A DNA stretch of 64,000 nt, taken from assembly GCA_973895155.1 (NCBI GenBank), contig OZ316892.1, positions 19,603,869-19,667,868 of the forward strand, in the 5' to 3' direction. The stretch comes from Marsupella aquatica. Its lineage: Eukaryota; Plantae; Marchantiophyta. Below the pieces are notes generated by a model that saw only the letters and a list, made by a program, of their open reading frames with translations, searched no databases and was not told the origin of the DNA. Below, one piece after another: positions 11,333 to 24,800 of this stretch; position 1 is the stretch's first letter; each line of letters opens with the position of its first letter. The translations under genes and the position numbers were made by a program.

Positions 11333-12931
11333 AACTATAAGAACAGACCAATCCAGCTACTCGGGAGGTGGTCATTGATGAGCCATATATTTGCTTGTAC
11401 CTGCCAATCACAAAAATTTAACGGATTAATGGATGACTTTAGCTAGACACATGTCCACTCCAATCACACTACCCCATTCACGAAAGAGAATTCCTCATTA
11501 AGTAAAGAAATTTAGGGTCCATGGAAGTCAGAGATACAAAAATAATTATCAAACCCACACCACCCAAATCAGTCATCCACGCATGCCCATCTAATAGCAA
11601 TGAAAACCTGGACACGCATCTCAACACAAGTCATATTGTAGAGCTCAAGTCAATGCATGCCCACCTAACAGAAGACCTGGACACGCATCTCAACACAATT
11701 CACACTGTAGAAGTATGAGGTCTTTATTCAGCTTCACTACAAAGAACTAGCAATTAAGGTATTGGTTGGCTTCACATTACAAAAAGACATACTCTATTCC
11801 AATTGCCCCAATCTACATTGATCAGCCAGATAGGGACAAAACCCCACATTTACCCTGATCTAAAGAAAAAGTTTGTGGCAGCTGAGGTCTGCGATTCACT
11901 GCTGTTCCACTTGAAGGTGTCTTTACCACAGCTAGATAGGGACAAAAGTTGCGGTGAACCCCACATTGATCCTGATCTAAAGAAAATAGTCAAATGGAAA
12001 TAAAAAGCAGTGAATCAAAATGCAAGGGGTCGGGAAATGAAAGAAAGAAGCAAGAAGCTCTGCTTTTTACAGTTGACAAGTATAAGCGCCCAATAAAGGC
12101 CAAAAACAAAAACCTCCGGTCAAAGCAGTGAAATGCAAATTGTGTAATCCCCTTTTTCCTTTTGCACAGCATTGGTTTTGTCTGATTGCCACAGCCGAAG
12201 ACCATGGATACTATTAAAACGAATCTCCAAAGGGCCCCATTCAATGTGGTATCTGACTTTTTGGTAAACCTGGACTTTATAAGTCTCGTGGACAGATCAT
12301 AATTAGATCAAACAGTGGACTAACTGGTATCGGTGTTCCTTTCAAGGCCTCCAAAGAACAAATTTAACACCCTCCACCAAACTAGCGAAATGGAAATGTG
12401 GGCGCACTTTGGAAGTTATTGACTGTAACTTACCTCCAAGATGATGGTGCTTGGCAGTCAGCAAAGAAGGAAAAGGCATCTGTATTTAGCAGGCGGCCTG
12501 CATGTATTTCTTCCGATCCTGGTCGCCAGCAATTACTGAGACGTGTTTGCAGACCTGAAATCCATCTCACTGCATCCTTGGGAAGAAAATCCCCTGCAGC
12601 CTACACAAGAGAGAGGAGAGGAAGGAAGTAGCGATGCCCAATGCAAAAGAACTCTCACAACAAGCGACACAGTAAAAGCTATGGTGGTCAAAGTCATGCA
12701 GTGGCGTTTCTTTTGCTGCACAGAGTTTCTTCACCGGCCGCAACCTGGGCCATTCCCGGTCGATGGCTGGGAGCTGGGAGTTGGGAGCATGGAGCAGGAG
12801 ACGATGCCTCCATGCGCCCATGTTTTGCTTTGTCATCGGGGCGTCGTTGGTGGGCCCAGGGAGCAGACTTTACTCCTCGTCCGTACCTACTCCTCGCTCC
12901 ATGGAACCCTGCCCTTAGATAGATTTGGTAT

Positions 12932-14176
12932 TTAAATCAGTGCATCCAATGATGGCTCAAATACAAAGGTATGGTAAAGAAAGTAATGGCCATCCAATCC
13001 CCTCGGATCGTTCAAAAAGCACCAAGAGTTTGTGAAGGCATCATAGACCAACATGACAAGCTGTGCAGAGCCCTCTGGAATAATATCAAAAACCCAAAAA
13101 TAAATCAACTCTTGTAATGCAATGCATTGATGTAGCACAACCACAGTTCCGCCAAACAAATCTCTAGAAATCTGTTTCACAAATATCCAATTGCCCTCTC
13201 CATCTCCCACACCGTCTCCATCCAATTTCAACTCATAGAAGCAAAAGGTCCAATTCAGTAGACCCTCCACAATCAACCAAAGGTTTTCACGATACACCAC
13301 TAATTGTGGCTTCTGAATAGTGTGTAATTGTTGTTCTTTAACCACAACTATTGGAGGCGCTATGGTATCACCCATGCAATCATCCTCTACATGGATCTTC
13401 ACGATGTTCCACAATCTTCTACCGTCAGCATTATCCAGAATCTCTCCATCGACGATGCCATAGAGAAAGTTCTTAGAGGAAACCATGGCACAATCAAACT
13501 TTAATCTAGGCTTATCATTGGATCCAAGATGTGTTACCATCTTCCAAGAGGATGATGTGGAATCAAACACTTGCAGTGTTTGATTGTTCTCAAAGCTGCA
13601 AGCTACATATAACTTGAAACTTTTGGTATGTTGTAGGGTGATTAAGGTCACCATTACGTGACCTAGGCGTGTTGCATGCATTGGCATGCTTATGTCAATC
13701 ACGTTGGAGGGGCTGTAAGAATAGTGACAACTTTGGAACACGTCTTGAGGGTTCACTCCATCTCTCACTTGTGCTTGTGGAAGTTGTCTACACATTTTGG
13801 AGATAGGATTCCATACCAACAATCTCCCTGCATTCTTTGTACAAAAACATAGTAACCCACTCCCTCCAGCCATCAAACAAAGCCCACCTGTTGGTTGCAC
13901 TAGAGGAGACAGAAATGATGGAACCCAGTCTTGGAGTGCATTTTCTTTCAGATTGCAACTGATATAATTCAATCCCCCTCCTGGTGGAGTGAAAATGAGA
14001 AGTTGCTTGGGAGTTGGGTTGGGTGGAGCACAACGCATGGACAGAATGAGGCGATCCCATGTCTTGCACACTAGGCGCAACTCAATCACCTTTGGAAATG
14101 GCAGCTTGCCAATGATTAGCTCCATCATGTTTTGTGGTAAGTCTCCCCAGATGTTAGGGTCAAAACTAAATTCCAT
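12932..14176 (-). CDS. F-box protein (N-terminal F-box, kelch/FBA-like C-terminal region), intronless coding sequence
   Basis: IWGDLPQNMMELIIGKLP...LRLVCKTWDRLI F-box; GLLCF...LLVWNPISKMCRQLP; VFDSTSSSWK; LVYDAFTNSW; ends FVFEPSL. Confidence 0.9.
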   Translation of the reverse strand: MEFSFDPNIWGDLPQNMMELIIGKLPFPKVIELRLVCKTWDRLILSMRCAPPNPTPKQLLIFTPPGGGLNYISCNLKENALQDWVPSFLSPLVQPTGGLCLMAGGSGLLCFCTKNAGRLLVWNPISKMCRQLPQAQVRDGVNPQDVFQSCHYSYSPSNVIDISMPMHATRLGHVMVTLITLQHTKSFKLYVACSFENNQTLQVFDSTSSSWKMVTHLGSNDKPRLKFDCAMVSSKNFLYGIVDGEILDNADGRRLWNIVKIHVEDDCMGDTIAPPIVVVKEQQLHTIQKPQLVVYRENLWLIVEGLLNWTFCFYELKLDGDGVGDGEGNWIFVKQISRDLFGGTVVVLHQCIALQELIYFWVFDIIPEGSAQLVMLVYDAFTNSWCFLNDPRGLDGHYFLYHTFVFEPSLDALI

Positions 14177-16875
14177 TCCAAATCCCTACCAGTTTCCAAT
14201 GAATTCAATTCTTGTTCAAAGACATCTCCCATGGAAGCTCTGGAGTGAAATGGTCTATGTAAATTACCATTACTGCAATAATGTGCTCATATGCCCATAT
14301 GGTTACATCATCAGTAAGTGAGCACTATTATGAAGAAACTGCCATGATAATGATTTCAACAAATGGGAGTTGTAGACAATAAGTACTTGCCAAGTGGGAC
14401 TATTTCTCTTATTATTTTAGCATGAGCCCTATGCCAGTGCTTTGCACTGTGCAAGGAGGGCAGGCCCAAAGGGATTGGCCGGGGGCATTACAGGGCAGCG
14501 GGAAGCAAATACGTGATAGGGGTGTACACTTATCTCATCAATGGTGAGCAAAAACAGCTAATCAAATCAAACGGCTGTGGATCTTTCCCACCCAGAAGCT
14601 TTTTTGTATGGGGACGAAGGACGAAAAACGGCGGGATCCCTTATTATAGTTGTAGATGTGGAGCAAGGAAGTCTCAAGTCAACAAGTTGTGCCACCTTTC
14701 TGCCCTTGTGGACCTCATTCTTACAAATTTCTTACAATTCTTGGCCTTCAGGGTATATTGTAGCTCAGGTCAGAATATTACCCCGGACTAGGAGAGCACA
14801 CCAGTCGCAGGGAACAAGAGTTAACAACCTCAATACAGAAAACCCAGATTTGCGAAGCACAGACAAGTGTTGAAAGAATGTGACAAGATTCACCCACAAA
14901 AATGAGGGGCATGCACAGCATTACAGGGAATTGATGCTTGAATTAGATTAGATTATACGAGATTAGATTAGAACCAACCATTCTGACCATTGACTGGAAG
15001 AATGGATTGAAATCCTTGCCGAGATAGTTAATGAGTGTAGGGAAATATTTCTAGCGTTTCTCAGATATAGAAAGATAACGGTAAGAATGAGATCTGATTT
15101 TGTGATCATGGGTGATGAGGCTGGCTCTCCACAAAAGCTCCCCATAATAATCATGAATTTTTTCATTTTTTGTGGGAGTAACCGGATAAATGGGAATCAA
15201 TTGTTTCAGTCTGGTGAATGTGAAAGTACACATTGCATCACAGTGAAACTCGATCATCAGGACAACAAACCAGAAGTTACCAACCCCCTAATCCAGTTGG
15301 GAATGTCCCACGAGTGGAATCTTCACTATGAAATTCTTCTATTTGACGGCAATCCAACATAGGATACCTTTCGTGCAGTAAGTTAAAATTCCCATTTAGG
15401 ACCTCTACACAAGTACAGTTTTTAGTGTAGTGCACTCTAATTTCGATATATTGGATTTCTTGGTGTGAAACCAAAAGTAATGTGGACAGCCAGTGGGTGA
15501 ATGGCACTGATCCACACTAAATACTGCAGCCCATGCAGTTAATTGTCTATACAGTTTGAGTATTACAAACAATCTTGTAGATTTATTTGTTGGAGTCTAG
15601 TAATTGTCTAACATCAGTAGTAATGACATAAACTAAAAGATCACCAAATACGTGCAATGGTCAAACCCTCTCCTTGGCACAGTCATTTGATTAACCTCGC
15701 CAATATGAGCGGAATGCAAGAAATCCCCGGGATCTAAATGCATAGTCCACTGGCTATACATTGTCAATTGAGATCTAATGCATAGTCCATTTGGTCAAAA
15801 GGTTGGAATCCCACCCCCACTACTACTGTACTAATGTCTTATGTCTTGACCTGAGAGCCTAGTGTTGGATGTACTTCTGTGTTGTGTTGATCTGATGCCA
15901 TCTGATACCCAGATACTAGAGTTTTCGACAAAAGCAGCGGGTCAAAACTCCCCTTGCCATGTAACTGAAAGAAACTGGGTTACCTTCGATAGAGCCATTG
16001 GGCAAGTAGCATGCTGGCGACTCACCCACGGCTGGCCTCAAAGTTCACTTAATTAATTACAAGGTGACATACATTTTGAGCCTGCGGGAGAGTTGTTCGG
16101 CTCTCTAGCCCTGTCTCTCCCCTGCGAGTAAATTAGCAGCCGACTGAAAATGCAGCTCACCCTGTGAATTGAAGTGAATTGAAACAAAGGAAACTCACCC
16201 CCTGTAGTCGCCCTGTAATGTGCCTGTTACGAAGTCTCTACTGTAACCCAAGTTCAGAGGTGTTTAGAAACCGACATTGGAGCAAAAACCCATATAGGAG
16301 CAAAACACCTCGGCCATGACAAAGTTTTGAAGTGTCACAGAGTTGAAAAGTAGAAGACCTCTTTCGTTGTTCCACTCTTTGTCCTTCTTTTCGCACTTCT
16401 TGTTTAGTTCTTTAGTTGGAAAACTCCCTCTGGGGTTCTGACCTTTGTAACATCGATATACATTTTTTGCGCATTGCATACCTCACTTGTTCGAGCTTTG
16501 TGTATTTGCAGAAAAGACTGTTACTTCCTCCTCCCATATGGACTCAAGTTTCTTTGGGCCACAATCATTACAGTACACCGCAATCCTTCCCATCCTGTTC
16601 TGAAGTAAACCAGCATTGACCGAACATCAATTTGCTGAGAATTCAGCGGGTTTCTTATTGTACATTAGAGTGCATATCTACTGTTAAATGCATCCCACCT
16701 GCACAAACTTTCTTAAGGAAAAAATAAATATTGCTTGTGCAGAAATCCCTTCTCCCAATAAGTGAATCCACCACCTTCTCCTTCATAGTGTACAATTATC
16801 TCACTGGTAATTTACAAAAAAATCGGCACATTGGGTATACCAAGTAAAGATGTCCACTCGGTGTGAGGATCAGTC

Positions 16876-19864
16876 TCAACCCTCCACCACTTTGACTCTG
16901 GCCCTGCACACCAAAACCAAGCTTGAACTTTCCATACTTGCAAAAGCGGCGATAACCTAAGCTCAAGGTAATAGCCTTGCACAATCCGGCATTGGTAAAG
17001 GACACTATTCTGAGGATATCTGACACTCTAGTAAACTTCGCATCGTCATAGGGGTGAGAGGATGGGAACATACCCAAATGCGTCCTGTTTGATGCTCAGC
17101 AACTCCACATTAAACTGCAAGAGTATCCAAATTTGGTATTTACATAATGAAAACAAACATGTAAAAATCGCAAAAGAAAACATTAACTTGGTATGAAAAA
17201 GATCCAAAGCAATCAGTGAGTTGCTTCCTGCATAGTTGTATTGACTCGTGACCCTTTTTTCGACATAATGTAGAGTTATATATCACGTAGGGGTACGATA
17301 TTCGAAATCCTACATTACACAGTATCAGAGGTGAAAGAAACTTTACCTCGAGTGTTGCACCAGGTGGAATTTCTTGCACACCCCTGTTTCCATACGCAAG
17401 TTCGGGAGGGACGATCAACATCCGCTGCATGATCATAAACTATTTCAGTTTCCATGCTCCATCCATCCGGAAGAGAGACCCAGTCGATTGAACTTGCAGA
17501 AACATTCCAACGTCAATCTTGGTGCCAAAACGATTTGGGCTGTCTCACCTGACCACCCACTCTCATCCCCTGCACGCCTAGATCGAGGCCCTTCAGGACG
17601 ATCCCCGATTCCGAAGCTCCAACATCAAACCCGTAGGGCTGCATTGCATCCAACATCCAAACCAAATCAGTGTGCAAACGACCACTTCTATCTACTTGTT
17701 GTCATATTTGCACTAAGAAGATATTTTATTTCTATAGCTTACCCAGGAACTGGATCCAGACCTTCAAAATCAAATAAAAACCATCAGGGTAAGATAATTT
17801 CATAGAGAAAGACTCCACGCCAAAGATAGACTCACTGTTCCTCCTGTAACACCCATGCCTTGTCGGCTGGTCATAAAAGTGATGCCCTTCCACTTCGCAA
17901 CATAATGTATCTGATACCAAAGCAAAATTGAATCTATGAGTGGAACTCAAAATTATGCGGTGTCAGAGACTGTTAACAAGTTTATAGCAGTACCTCGGGA
18001 AGTAATCAGATCCCAACACGAAGAACAAGGCTCCTTGCAATTGCATAACAATTGTAATGAGGAAATTGGGCTCAGTCCTACAAGCGTTGTTGCGTTGGGT
18101 ACTATAGACAGACCGCAACTCGTGACCCTCTCTGGGCAACGGCCCCATTTCCAACGACAATATCGTAGTACCTGAACCATCCATTCAACGGTATGAGCGT
18201 CAAACCTTCCAATCTTGTACTCAAGCCTCATTTCCAAGCCAACATGATTGATCGTGGTAAGTGCAAGGCAACCCCTTCACTTTGAATGATTATCAGAAAG
18301 AATGATAGCTAAAACACAACCAAATTACTTACTTGAGGCCACTTGGCAGCGTACTGTACTCAGACTCTGGAATCTGCTCAGATCTTAACTGCCAGATTCA
18401 GAACAGAGACATTTCCATTAACACATAAAATGTTCTGAGGAGATGAAGGACAATAGCATTCTCCAGCAAAAATAAGCTGGTGTAATTGTGTGAAATCTCG
18501 TTTCGAGTCCAGGGGTATCTACTGAAGTGTTACAATTGATTCAGACGGCATTTTAAGATTTCAAGGAGATTCAGATCGTGTCCTTACAGCTCTTCTACTG
18601 GAGGAAACAGCTGAAGCCTCTTCGACATGAACGCTGGTATTTCCTGCTGCAGAACCACTCCATAAAATACTCAGTCGGTCTGAGGGACGTAGAACTTCAA
18701 CGCTGAGAGAAGACCCTAGACTCAGATACAGTCTCCTGGTTTATACAACAAGCGCAGAACCAACAGCAAGCGAGCTGACAGTTTCGCTTCCTAAAACGTG
18801 GGCCTCTGCCGTATTGGAATTTTGCTGTCAATTCTCTCAATACCGTTAACACAAATTCTTACGCCAAGGACGTTGAGGAAACTAAACAAAATGCCCGCAT
18901 TGTATAAGGTAATCGCCACGAACCCAGAATAATGCCTGCTGCAAGAATTCCTGAGGCAACGACTCTTCTTGATGGCGTTACTTTCTCCGAGGTCGTTGTA
19001 TTTTCATTCGTCATCGCAACAATGGGACACGGCGTAGCAGAGACGCATCTTCTCACTGTAACACTGCCCTGAATCCATCCTTCACACCCACGCACCCACA
19101 CACAAAACCAGCAAACTAGAAGCGTCACACTCGCTGAACGCATTTTAATGACAGGAGAGCAAAGCACATATTTGATAGATTTGCACAGGAAAAAGTGTGG
19201 AACAACGGAAGACACCCGTGGCTCAGCGTCTTCGGACTTATTACTTTAACAGGGGCTTCCCTCATTCCTAAATACTTATAGTTTCCAATGCACTATAGTT
19301 GTAACGCCCTCTCGATAGAAGTTGATATTAAAGCACCATACATCGAACGTCTTGACAGAGAAAGTGGTCAAGAGGATCGCGTAACCATGGAACCAGAAGG
19401 CCGATTTTACAAATCAAAGCTCTTGTTGTTTAGAAAAATAGAGGAAATCTTTCATGTCTTCGTCATTCTTGAGTAGGGCAGGAGTAGCTAATCGCATCCA
19501 TCAAGAGGATCAACACCACAAGGCACTGAGTAAGCTGGCAGCCATCACTCAGGCACCAACTGCAAAACCCATCTATGGCTAATGAACGAATCAATAAATT
19601 TTGAAGTCTGAATCTATTTTAGATTATAGAGTTCACGAGTCAAATCCAGATGACAGTGAGCGAGGGATGAGGAAGGCCTGCGAGTCGCATCTCTTTGAAT
19701 CGATTCTTAGGTGAGGAAAATAGAGAATTCCGGGTCTTTGCATTGGAAGGAGAGCTCGCTTGCTCACCTGAGCCCAAGGAAGAACTGGACGACAGAGGAT
19801 GCCCAATTGATGGCACAGCTTTGATTGTACAAGCTGGTGATACTGCCATCGCTGCCAGTGCCAT
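16876..19864 (-). CDS. FKBP16-4: Chloroplast lumenal FKBP-type peptidyl-prolyl isomerase, FKBP16-4-like, about 10 exons
   Basis: Transit peptide from 19864. Spliced exons read AVSSSRRA | LRSEQIPESEYSTLPSGLK | YYDIVVGNGAVAQRGSRVA | IHYVAKWKGITFMTSRQGMGVTGGT | PYGFDVG...LKGLDLGVQGMRVGGQ | RMLIVPPELAYGNRGVQEIPPGATLE | FNVELLSIKQDAFG | ARVKVVEG* (last exon 16903-16876). Confidence 0.92.
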
Positions 19865-20309
19865 CCTCTTCTCCAGCCCCCACTGGCAAATCTAAAGAGC
19901 CTCGAAGATCTCCAAAGGTGCTCAGCAGATCAGCGGAGCTCGTTGCTCTTGTGTTTGAGTTCCGTGCTAGCCAAATCTTAGCAAACCCAGTAACTCACCT
20001 ACAGAAGTTGAACAGGATTTGAAAATATGTTTCGGCAAAGTAAACAGCAAGGATCCCCAGCCAGTCAATGCTGATAGCCCTGGGCCAGATGGCAAAACGT
20101 AATAGGAGAACCCCAATAAATTTTAATGATTTTTGAAATAAAAAATTAGTAGTGTATCTGTTATCTTGTATTGGTTCAAATATTACAACTTACCTTCCTT
20201 AGTACTGACCTACGCCCCAATTGATTCTTATTACTATCCTGCCCCAAAACTAAAATATTTAGTACTAGCTCAATACTTGTGGGTTGCACAAAAGATGTTA
20301 TTCCTGATG

Positions 20310-20920
20310 TTGCTGAGAACAAAAGAGGTCGTGTCGGCCAGGAGGTATTGAGAATAAAGATGTCATGTAGACCAAGAGGTCCTTGAGAAGAAAGATGTCA
20401 TGTCGGCCAAGAGGTTGTTAAGAAGAAAGATGTCATGTCGCCCAAGATGTGAGAACAAAAGATATTGTGTTGGCCAAGATGCCGGTGATAACAAAAGATG
20501 TCGTGTCGGCCAAGAGGTCGTTGGGAACAAAGGATGTCGTGTCGGCCAAGAGGTCATTGAGAAGGAAGATGTTGTGTCGGCCAATATGTCGATGAGAACA
20601 AAAGATGTCGTGTCAACCAAGAAGTCATTGAGAACAAAAGATGTCGTGAAGAAAATACCCATGCGTTGCACAAAAAATGTCGTGAAAAAAAAGGTGTCAT
20701 GAAGAAAAAAGATGTCTTGTCCCTCAAGATGTCGTTAAGAAAAAAAGATGTCATGTCGCCCAAGATATTATTAAGAAAAAAGATGTCATTAAGAAAAACA
20801 GATGTTGTGTTGCCCAAGATGTTGTTATTTAAGAAAAAAGATGTTGTGTCACCCAAGATGCCGTTAAGAAGATATGGTGTCGCCCAAGATGTTCTTAAGA
20901 AAAAATGTCGTGCAAAAAGG
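20310..20920. repeat. Degenerate minisatellite, about 33-36-bp unit
   Basis: Recurrent GAGAACAAAAGATGTCGTGTCGGCCAAGAGGTC and AAGAAAAAAGATGTCGTGTCGCCCAAGATG variants. Confidence 0.9.
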
Positions 20921-21055
20921 GCGCAAAAAATGAGTAACAACAACCACTAAGTATCACCAGTTAAGAATGATTTTTGTCTTTGTATTTTTCATTTTTTAAT
21001 TCCTTGAAAACCTTGAATTAGTAAAAAGCCAATTTATTGGTAACAGATTAAGTTA

Positions 21056-21313
21056 CTACCTTGAGATTGTCACTCCAAACTATCTGATAGTTTCCATCGC
21101 CCTCAGGTTGCATCTACCACTACTGGTCTGGTAGGGCAAGGTTCCTCAAACTGCCACGTCCACCCCTCCCCCCCCCCCCCCCTCGCTTCTTCTCTCTTCA
21201 CCTCCCTTTGTCTCAAGAGTTCTCCTCTGCCCTCACAAATATGCACCACTTTGGTGCACTATGCTACATTGATGGGAACTGTTACATTCTCCAATGTGAC
21301 AATCTCAGGGTGG
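21056..21313. mobile_element. MITE with TA target site (Stowaway/Tc1-mariner-like)
   Basis: TA|CTACCTTGAGATTGTCAC ... GTGACAATCTCAGGGTGG|TA; about 18-bp TIR with 2 mismatches. Confidence 0.7.
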
Positions 21314-21840
21314 TAAGATCTTCTGCAGTTAATCAGGGTTTTAAAACACTTAACCCATGACCAAAAGAGTGGCTTTCTGATCATTGACTTAAAAAAGGTG
21401 CCACGTAGTCATACTTGACCCAAACAGGTGGCAGTTTAAACCCAGTTTTAAATTTTTGTGAAGGTGGCAAATCTTACCTTGTGTCAAGGAGAAGATACTA
21501 AGAGTATTCTTTATATTGATTTCCTGGGTTTATTTGTGACTGCTAGATCTCTTTAGAATTGAGCAGAGCCATCAGATAGTGCCTATGTGGCTGGGTGGGA
21601 AACTGGTTAAGTGATAAGACCCAATCTCAAGGTAGACTTCAGAAATTTGTTGGAACTATGTGTAAGTAGAATACTCAGTTTGAAGAAACAAAAGCCTCTA
21701 TGGACCGAGACATTGTCCCTGCCCATCCCCATGGACTGCGTAAAGCTATCAATGTTTTTACACCAAAAAGAAAAAGGAACCGGTTGCAGTTCGCAGGTGA
21801 CAACTTTGACTACCTTGGGGAGAAAGTAGTCAAGGCATCA

Positions 21841-24800
21841 CGGTGATCCTGAGTAATGGCATGACATCTTTCAGGTTCAAGGTTATCAAGTCGACAACTT
21901 ACCCGCAAAACCAGTTTGGTAATGTAATTAAAACTGGCTACAAACGGTAAGGAGACTGTTTACAGGTCACATTTCAGTCATGAATCTAAACAATGTTATC
22001 TAAGTCAATTTAAAAGTTTTGAGCAAGTCCATCCAAGCTTTGCGAGTCCATCTGGGTTCCATAAACAAAGTGGAGGTCCATCTAAGCTTTAGTTTCCAAT
22101 TTGAATGATATTTACAAAAACAAACTAAAGCTTATGAGGTAAAAGAAGATAACATACACTCATATGCCCTAATATATATAACCATTTTATAAATTAAAAT
22201 AGGTCATATAAATGAAATAAAAGAAAAATGCCTATGCAATTCTTTCTTCATAGAACAGGGGCACTTAAATTAGACTATGGTTTCCGGGATGATCGCACAT
22301 AGTATCCAAAAATGTACACTTAGTTGATCCTCTGGGCACAACTTATGTGGCAAATTTTGCCAAAGTTGGTAAGGATTATGACAGAGGTTGAATTTTGTGA
22401 CTTTTTTAACAACAAACAATGTTGGAGAAACCATTTAGTGAGGCACATGAATCAAATTTTCTCCTTGGTAGATCCTTTATAAGTCTCACCAACAAAGTAT
22501 GTTGTATCTTGCCGGAAATAAAAAAGATATTTAATATTATCATAAGTGGTGAGCCAAATAACACTTGAAAGTGAAGCTCCAATAGACCACAAAGTTTGAA
22601 GATGCTCAAATGGACCGTTGTAATATACATGGATTGCTTTAAACTGTTATTCAAGTGCAAGTTCAGATGTACATCATCTAAGTGTTGATGTATATATGTC
22701 TGGATTGTTGCGGACCCATCTCACGGATTAATCTTAAAGGGTAAATGGAACTTTGACAGCATCTTTAACATTCCTTGTTATCATTGAAGCCTGGTTCTCC
22801 ATGTTGTCTACATTGTTCCACACTTATTGGTATTATCTCAAATATTCTCATGTGTGCAGTAAACTTGGAGTTATACAGACAACCCCGTGATCTGAACTGG
22901 CCATTCCTGAAAATTGCTAAGCTCTTCTGGGGACCCTAGGCAATCCCAAGTTTCGTTTATAGTGTGTCGGGCCCGTTCATTAGGTTTTTTGGTCATTTAC
23001 CGTATCTGTACGGTAGCTGTCTCCCAGTGTGTTCCACTCTGTTTTCTAACCCGAAAAGCAGGGGGCGGTGGCTGGGGAGAAGGTCGCGCTTCCCGCTGGC
23101 GACATGATGGCTGGGCCGTGCATGTCTTAGACAGGGTCTTAGAAGGACCGTACAGTTTCTTTTAGGCCATGTGAACTTGTTTTTTAAATTTTAATCATAC
23201 CATTGCACCAAACTGGCAGGACCCTTAAAGATGACAAAACTTTTGAAGGATTTTAAAAATTGTGACGTACAAGGTGGGGCAAATGTTACTACAAGCTAAG
23301 TATACCTATTTCTCCTTTTGCTTATTTCTTGAGCTGGCTCTACAAGAACTCAGGGGCAGCAGTTCCTTTTTCCTGTGCGTGAGATGCAATCCTAGCCATT
23401 CAAATGTGGGAACAAGCCAGACTTCATTTTACATGAACTTGGGGGCACAATCAAGCAAAATCATCACCCAACCTAGTCACGTATCAATGGGCCCCTTGTG
23501 GGTCCTTTTCTTTCTGATGTGTCCATGTTTTTTTGTCAAAAACTTAGACCTCCTCTTGAGGTGGTCTAAAAAAATGGAGCAAGCAACTGTTTTTTTCTTC
23601 AGGAAATTGCATCTATTAGCTCCAGACCAAGCTCCATACTTGACACATTTTGGCTCAGATGTTTTAAATTTAGTGTATGGAAGTGGTCATAAGCTTTGCT
23701 TTGGATGGGAGACACTGAACAGCCCCACCATCTTGTAAAGCCTCCCCTAGACATATGTCTGACCAATTCATCTCACTAGATTTAAGTAGAGTTGTATGAT
23801 TGTGGTTAAAGGGTCCTGAGGGAAATTTAGTGGGAAACTGACAATTAAATGAGACCCAAAATATGTAATGAAGTTTTGTCACTGAAAGTAGCAAGGAGTC
23901 TGATGGAGGTGTTAAGGATTGCTCTTAGTCTTGTGACTCAAAGGTTAGGACAATTAGATTAACCTCAGTTAGGGACTTAGCTGAGGTTAGGTTAGTCGTG
24001 TGTGACCTTGCATATACCAGGGCTAGTGTAAGCCGCTGGTATGTGGTGCTTGCTCATTGTAATGAAGCAACTTGAGGAAGAGAGACAACTTGTGTGTTCG
24101 ACTACTCTGAAGTAAAGTTTGAGTGTTCGTATGAACGTAGCCTTGGAGAATAGGTGAACCACATAATTATGGATTGTGTTGACTATGTAAGCATGGTATG
24201 AGTCATGATCGTATTGTATGAGTCATGATCGTATTGTTGTGAAGGAAGACGCCATAGGTCAACAGGAGGTGGAATTTGAAAAAAAAATCTTCCCACTAAG
24301 AAGAAGGCTGCTGCAAATCAGAGTTTATTGTAGGATTGACAAAAGGCAACACGTCCTGATCAAAGTTGCTCTCAAGGCTGGTCCCTAGTAGGTGAAAAGG
24401 GCAACAAATAAAGAAGGTCATTTACTTTTATTTAGCTTTTGAGATTTTGGGACTGAGTAACAAAATTTTAGGCTACTCATGTCCAACACTTGATGCAAGA
24501 ATTACAATGGAAATTATTTGTTTGTACTTAGTTTATACTGTTGTCCTGGGGAAAATGTTAAATTGTGCCCATGTTGTGGATACCTAAGATGGCAGGGTTG
24601 AAGCAAAAGATTGCATGTGGAAAAGAGAAACCATGAGTTGCAGGTAGGAAAGAGATAGAGGAGGAAAGTTAGAAAAAAAGACCATAGTCATGAGTAATAA
24701 GGACAATGAGACCAAATAAAAAGTTGCACATAGGGGACCCAGAAAAGTTGAAGAAGAAGGAATGAGTTTTTCAAGTTCAAAGTGACACAAAGATTCTACT

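Larger units (their letters stand above)
6846..12914. mobile_element. PIF/Harbinger DNA transposon, full-length (6069 bp) but defective; copy 1
   Basis: 44-bp TIRs GGGCAGGGTTCCATGGAG(T/C)GAGGAGTAGGTACGGACGAGGAGTA with 1 mismatch; TTA TSD at 6843-6845 and 12915-12917; convergent Myb/SANT and DDE transposase genes inside. Confidence 0.97.

Noticed and set aside
11521-12935. Short ORFs duplicated at 39410-40851 that look like conserved genes
   Set aside because: They are conserved only because they lie in the two recent Harbinger copies; no recognisable domains.
20363-20950. Lys/Arg-rich ORFs
   Set aside because: Translation artefacts of the minisatellite; open in several frames on both strands.
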